In this document: positions 61,882 through 64,000 of the stretch, piece after piece
Layout of the letters: each line of letters opens with the position of its first letter
Position numbering within the stretch: the first letter of the stretch is position 1
DNA from: Eledone cirrhosa
Taxonomy: Eukaryota
Direction: 5' to 3'
DNA length: 64,000 nt
NCBI GenBank assembly: GCA_964016885.1
Contig: OZ024751.1
Span: 16,058,001-16,122,000, forward strand
Made by a program: the position numbers and the translations under genes
The notes under the pieces: model-generated
What the model saw: the letters and a program-made list of their open reading frames with translations, nothing else
Database searches by the model: none
Told to the model about the DNA's origin: nothing

Positions 61882-62553
61882 TTAAAAAGTGAGGGTTGTT
61901 TTACAAAATGAAAAATAACCGAGGTGTCCTACACGAGTGAAAGTATAAAGAAAAAAAGATGAAATCGAAAATGCAACTAGAGTCTTATTTAAAAAAATAT
62001 ATATATATTTATTTGGTTCCTTTACCGGTTTCGCAGTTCTTCTGCTTTTCAAAAGTAGAGTTGAGATGGAGGGTCTGTGGTTTTTCACATACCCTCCATC
62101 TCAACTCTACTTTTGAAAAACAGAAGAACTGCGAAACCGGTAAAGGAACCAAATAAATATATATATTAAAAAAAAAATAAGACTCCAGTTGCATTTTCGA
62201 TTTCATCTCTTTTTCTTTTTAATATATATATATATATATATAAATAATAATAAATGTGAAGACTAAAATCGAAAGAGGGCTCTATAAGGATATATATATA
62301 TATATACACCTACTAGATATACACCTAGTAGAGTTGAGATGGAGGGTCTGTGATTTTTCACATACCCTCCATCTCAACTCTACTTTTGAAAAGCAGAAGA
62401 ACTGTGAGACCTGTAAAGGAAAATAAATATATATATTTAAAAAAAAAAAAAGACTCCAGTTGCATTTTCTATTTCATCTTTTTTCCTCATATTTTCACTC
62501 GTGTAGGACACCTTGGTTATTTTTCATTTTATAAAAAAAACCTCACTTTCTAA
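61882..62553. mobile_element. Nested fold-back element with a hammerhead 3' half (GAAA-CCGG-TA-AAGG)
   Basis: Inner palindrome ~61957-62210; outer arm repeated inverted at ~62330-62553; TA tracts on both flanks. Confidence 0.78.
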
Positions 62554-62712
62554 TATATATGTATATATATACATACAAGAGTGTTGTTTATCTAACCTGT
62601 TACGTAGTAACTTCCTGTCGATAAGCATGCCCTAGCGAACAAAAGCACTACACGTCAGTAGTTTATCTCAGGTAAGTGATAATGAGTGGCGGAGTATTCA
62701 TTTATGCAATAA

Positions 62713-62898
62713 TTGTTTCTACTTTAGGCACAAGGCCAGCAACTACCCAGTGCCTCACTGGTACTTTATTTTATCGACCCCGTAAGGATGAAAGGCAAAG
62801 TCAACCTCGGCGGGATTTGAACTCAGATCGTAAGGGGACGTAACTATGCTAGAAAGCATGGCGTCCGACCCTCTACCGATACTACCAATCCACCGCCC
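62713..62898 (-). mobile_element. tRNA-derived SINE with TSD TTTATGCAATAAT, followed by a 20-bp tandem repeat x3
   Basis: Direct repeat at ~62701 and ~62900. Confidence 0.88.
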
Positions 62899-62949
62899 TT
62901 TTATGCAATAATAGTTGTTAAGATGCAATAATAGTTGTTAAGATGCAAT

Positions 62950-63272
62950 AATAGTTGTTAAGATGGGATTATATCACCAAAACTCTTGATTGTATTATAT
63001 ATATTACTGTTACATGGTTATTTATGTGACTTCGTCAGATCTTTACGCAATCATTAGTGCAATTATGCAATCATTGTGGTATGCCGTTGGCCATGCACGT
63101 CCATCCAGTAGTGAAGTGGTTCGTCATATAGCCACCGGCATTTCACAATTGTTGCATAACTGCCACAATGATTGCGTAAGTATCTGACGAAGTCGTATGA
63201 ATAACCATGTAACAAAAATATATATAATGAAATAAACAATTATGGTGATTAAATCCCGTCTTAACAACCATT
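62950..63272. repeat. Older, diverged fold-back element with decayed hammerhead cores (CTGACGA) in both arms
   Basis: Imperfect inverted repeat; GAAA mutated in both arms. Confidence 0.68.
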
Positions 63273-63326
63273 AGATCATAAATATATATATATATGTATA
63301 TATAAACAAGGAGAGACACAAAATTA

Positions 63327-63369
63327 GACACTGAGGAGGTCAGAGAATGTGTGTCGAAAGAGCTTTGAC
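63327..63369 (+). ncRNA. Decayed minimal hammerhead motif
   Basis: GACA-CTGAGGA-...-GAAA-GAG-CTT-TGAC; downstream tail ATGACCCTCCCAA is shared with the 53510-54108 element. Confidence 0.5.
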
Positions 63370-63485
63370 AGCAAATAAACAACCATCTTGTTATTAAACC
63401 AAGCAACTGAGAATTTATAATAAATTGAAGTGAAAACGAACAGGGGTGTGTGTCTTTTATTGGCAACATGACCCTCCCAAATTAT

Positions 63486-63592
<107 letters not shown>

Positions 63593-63743
63593 ATAGGAAC
63601 AAGTATGACCCCGACGGCAGAGCTCAAGCCGTTTCGACGGCTATGTCTGTGTGTCTGCACGTTTGTGTGTCTGCATGTTTGTATATATATATATATATAT
63701 ATATATAAGTATATAATTATTAAGACGAATTACAACAGCTCCC

Positions 63744-63795
<52 letters not shown>

Positions 63796-63863
63796 CAAGG
63801 TCTAGCAAATAGAGAAAAAGTTTTAAAATAAATTAAAAAAAATTCGCTGTACTTACTATATAT

Positions 63864-63945
63864 GCTTTTACCGCGGTTTCAAGTTCCAGAATAAGCGGAT
63901 AATCCAAGCGGACTACCATTGAGAAGGGAACCATCTTCAGAAGGC
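63864..63945 (-). ncRNA. Minimal hammerhead motif with extended stem II
   Basis: Minus strand GCCTT-CTGAAGA-T-GGTTCC...GGAACT-T-GAAA-CCGCG-GTA-AAAGC; palindrome ACCGCGGT. Confidence 0.78.
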
Positions 63946-64000
63946 TCTTCTCACTCGGAGAATATCAAATTCCCGACTTCAAATCACAAACTGACGCCAT

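Noticed and set aside
63595-63685. Short hairpin AGCCGT-TTCG-ACGGCT with TGTC repeats as a Helentron/DINE-like end
   Set aside because: Single short instance; no partner end found.

Overview
AT-rich, repeat-saturated eukaryotic (metazoan) non-genic DNA. The SINE and microsatellite style resembles an octopus/cephalopod genome, which is an inference only. No host protein-coding gene is supported. Contents: (1) a head-to-tail stack of L1/Tx1-clade LINEs joined by (ATT)n tails, including two near-identical full-length copies (period 6428-6429 bp) with intact APE-RT-CCHC ORF2; (2) a (TATG)n-anchored nest of R4/Dong-type RLE retrotransposon ends alternating with a bipartite non-autonomous RTE-derived element; (3) a decayed hATm-type DNA transposon; (4) RTE, CR1, R4 and Tx1 fragments, a likely Helitron end, more than 25 copies of one tRNA-derived SINE, and a 3-kb minisatellite. 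The most striking signal lies outside the ORF track: about 18-20 minimal type I hammerhead ribozyme motifs (CUGANGA-stem II-GAAA-palindromic stem III-NUH) from several sequence families. Almost all lie next to (TA)n tracts, and many sit inside 100-670 bp fold-back elements that carry a ribozyme on each strand. They are best read as non-autonomous Penelope-like/retrozyme-type elements. All structures were read by eye and have not been computed or tested.
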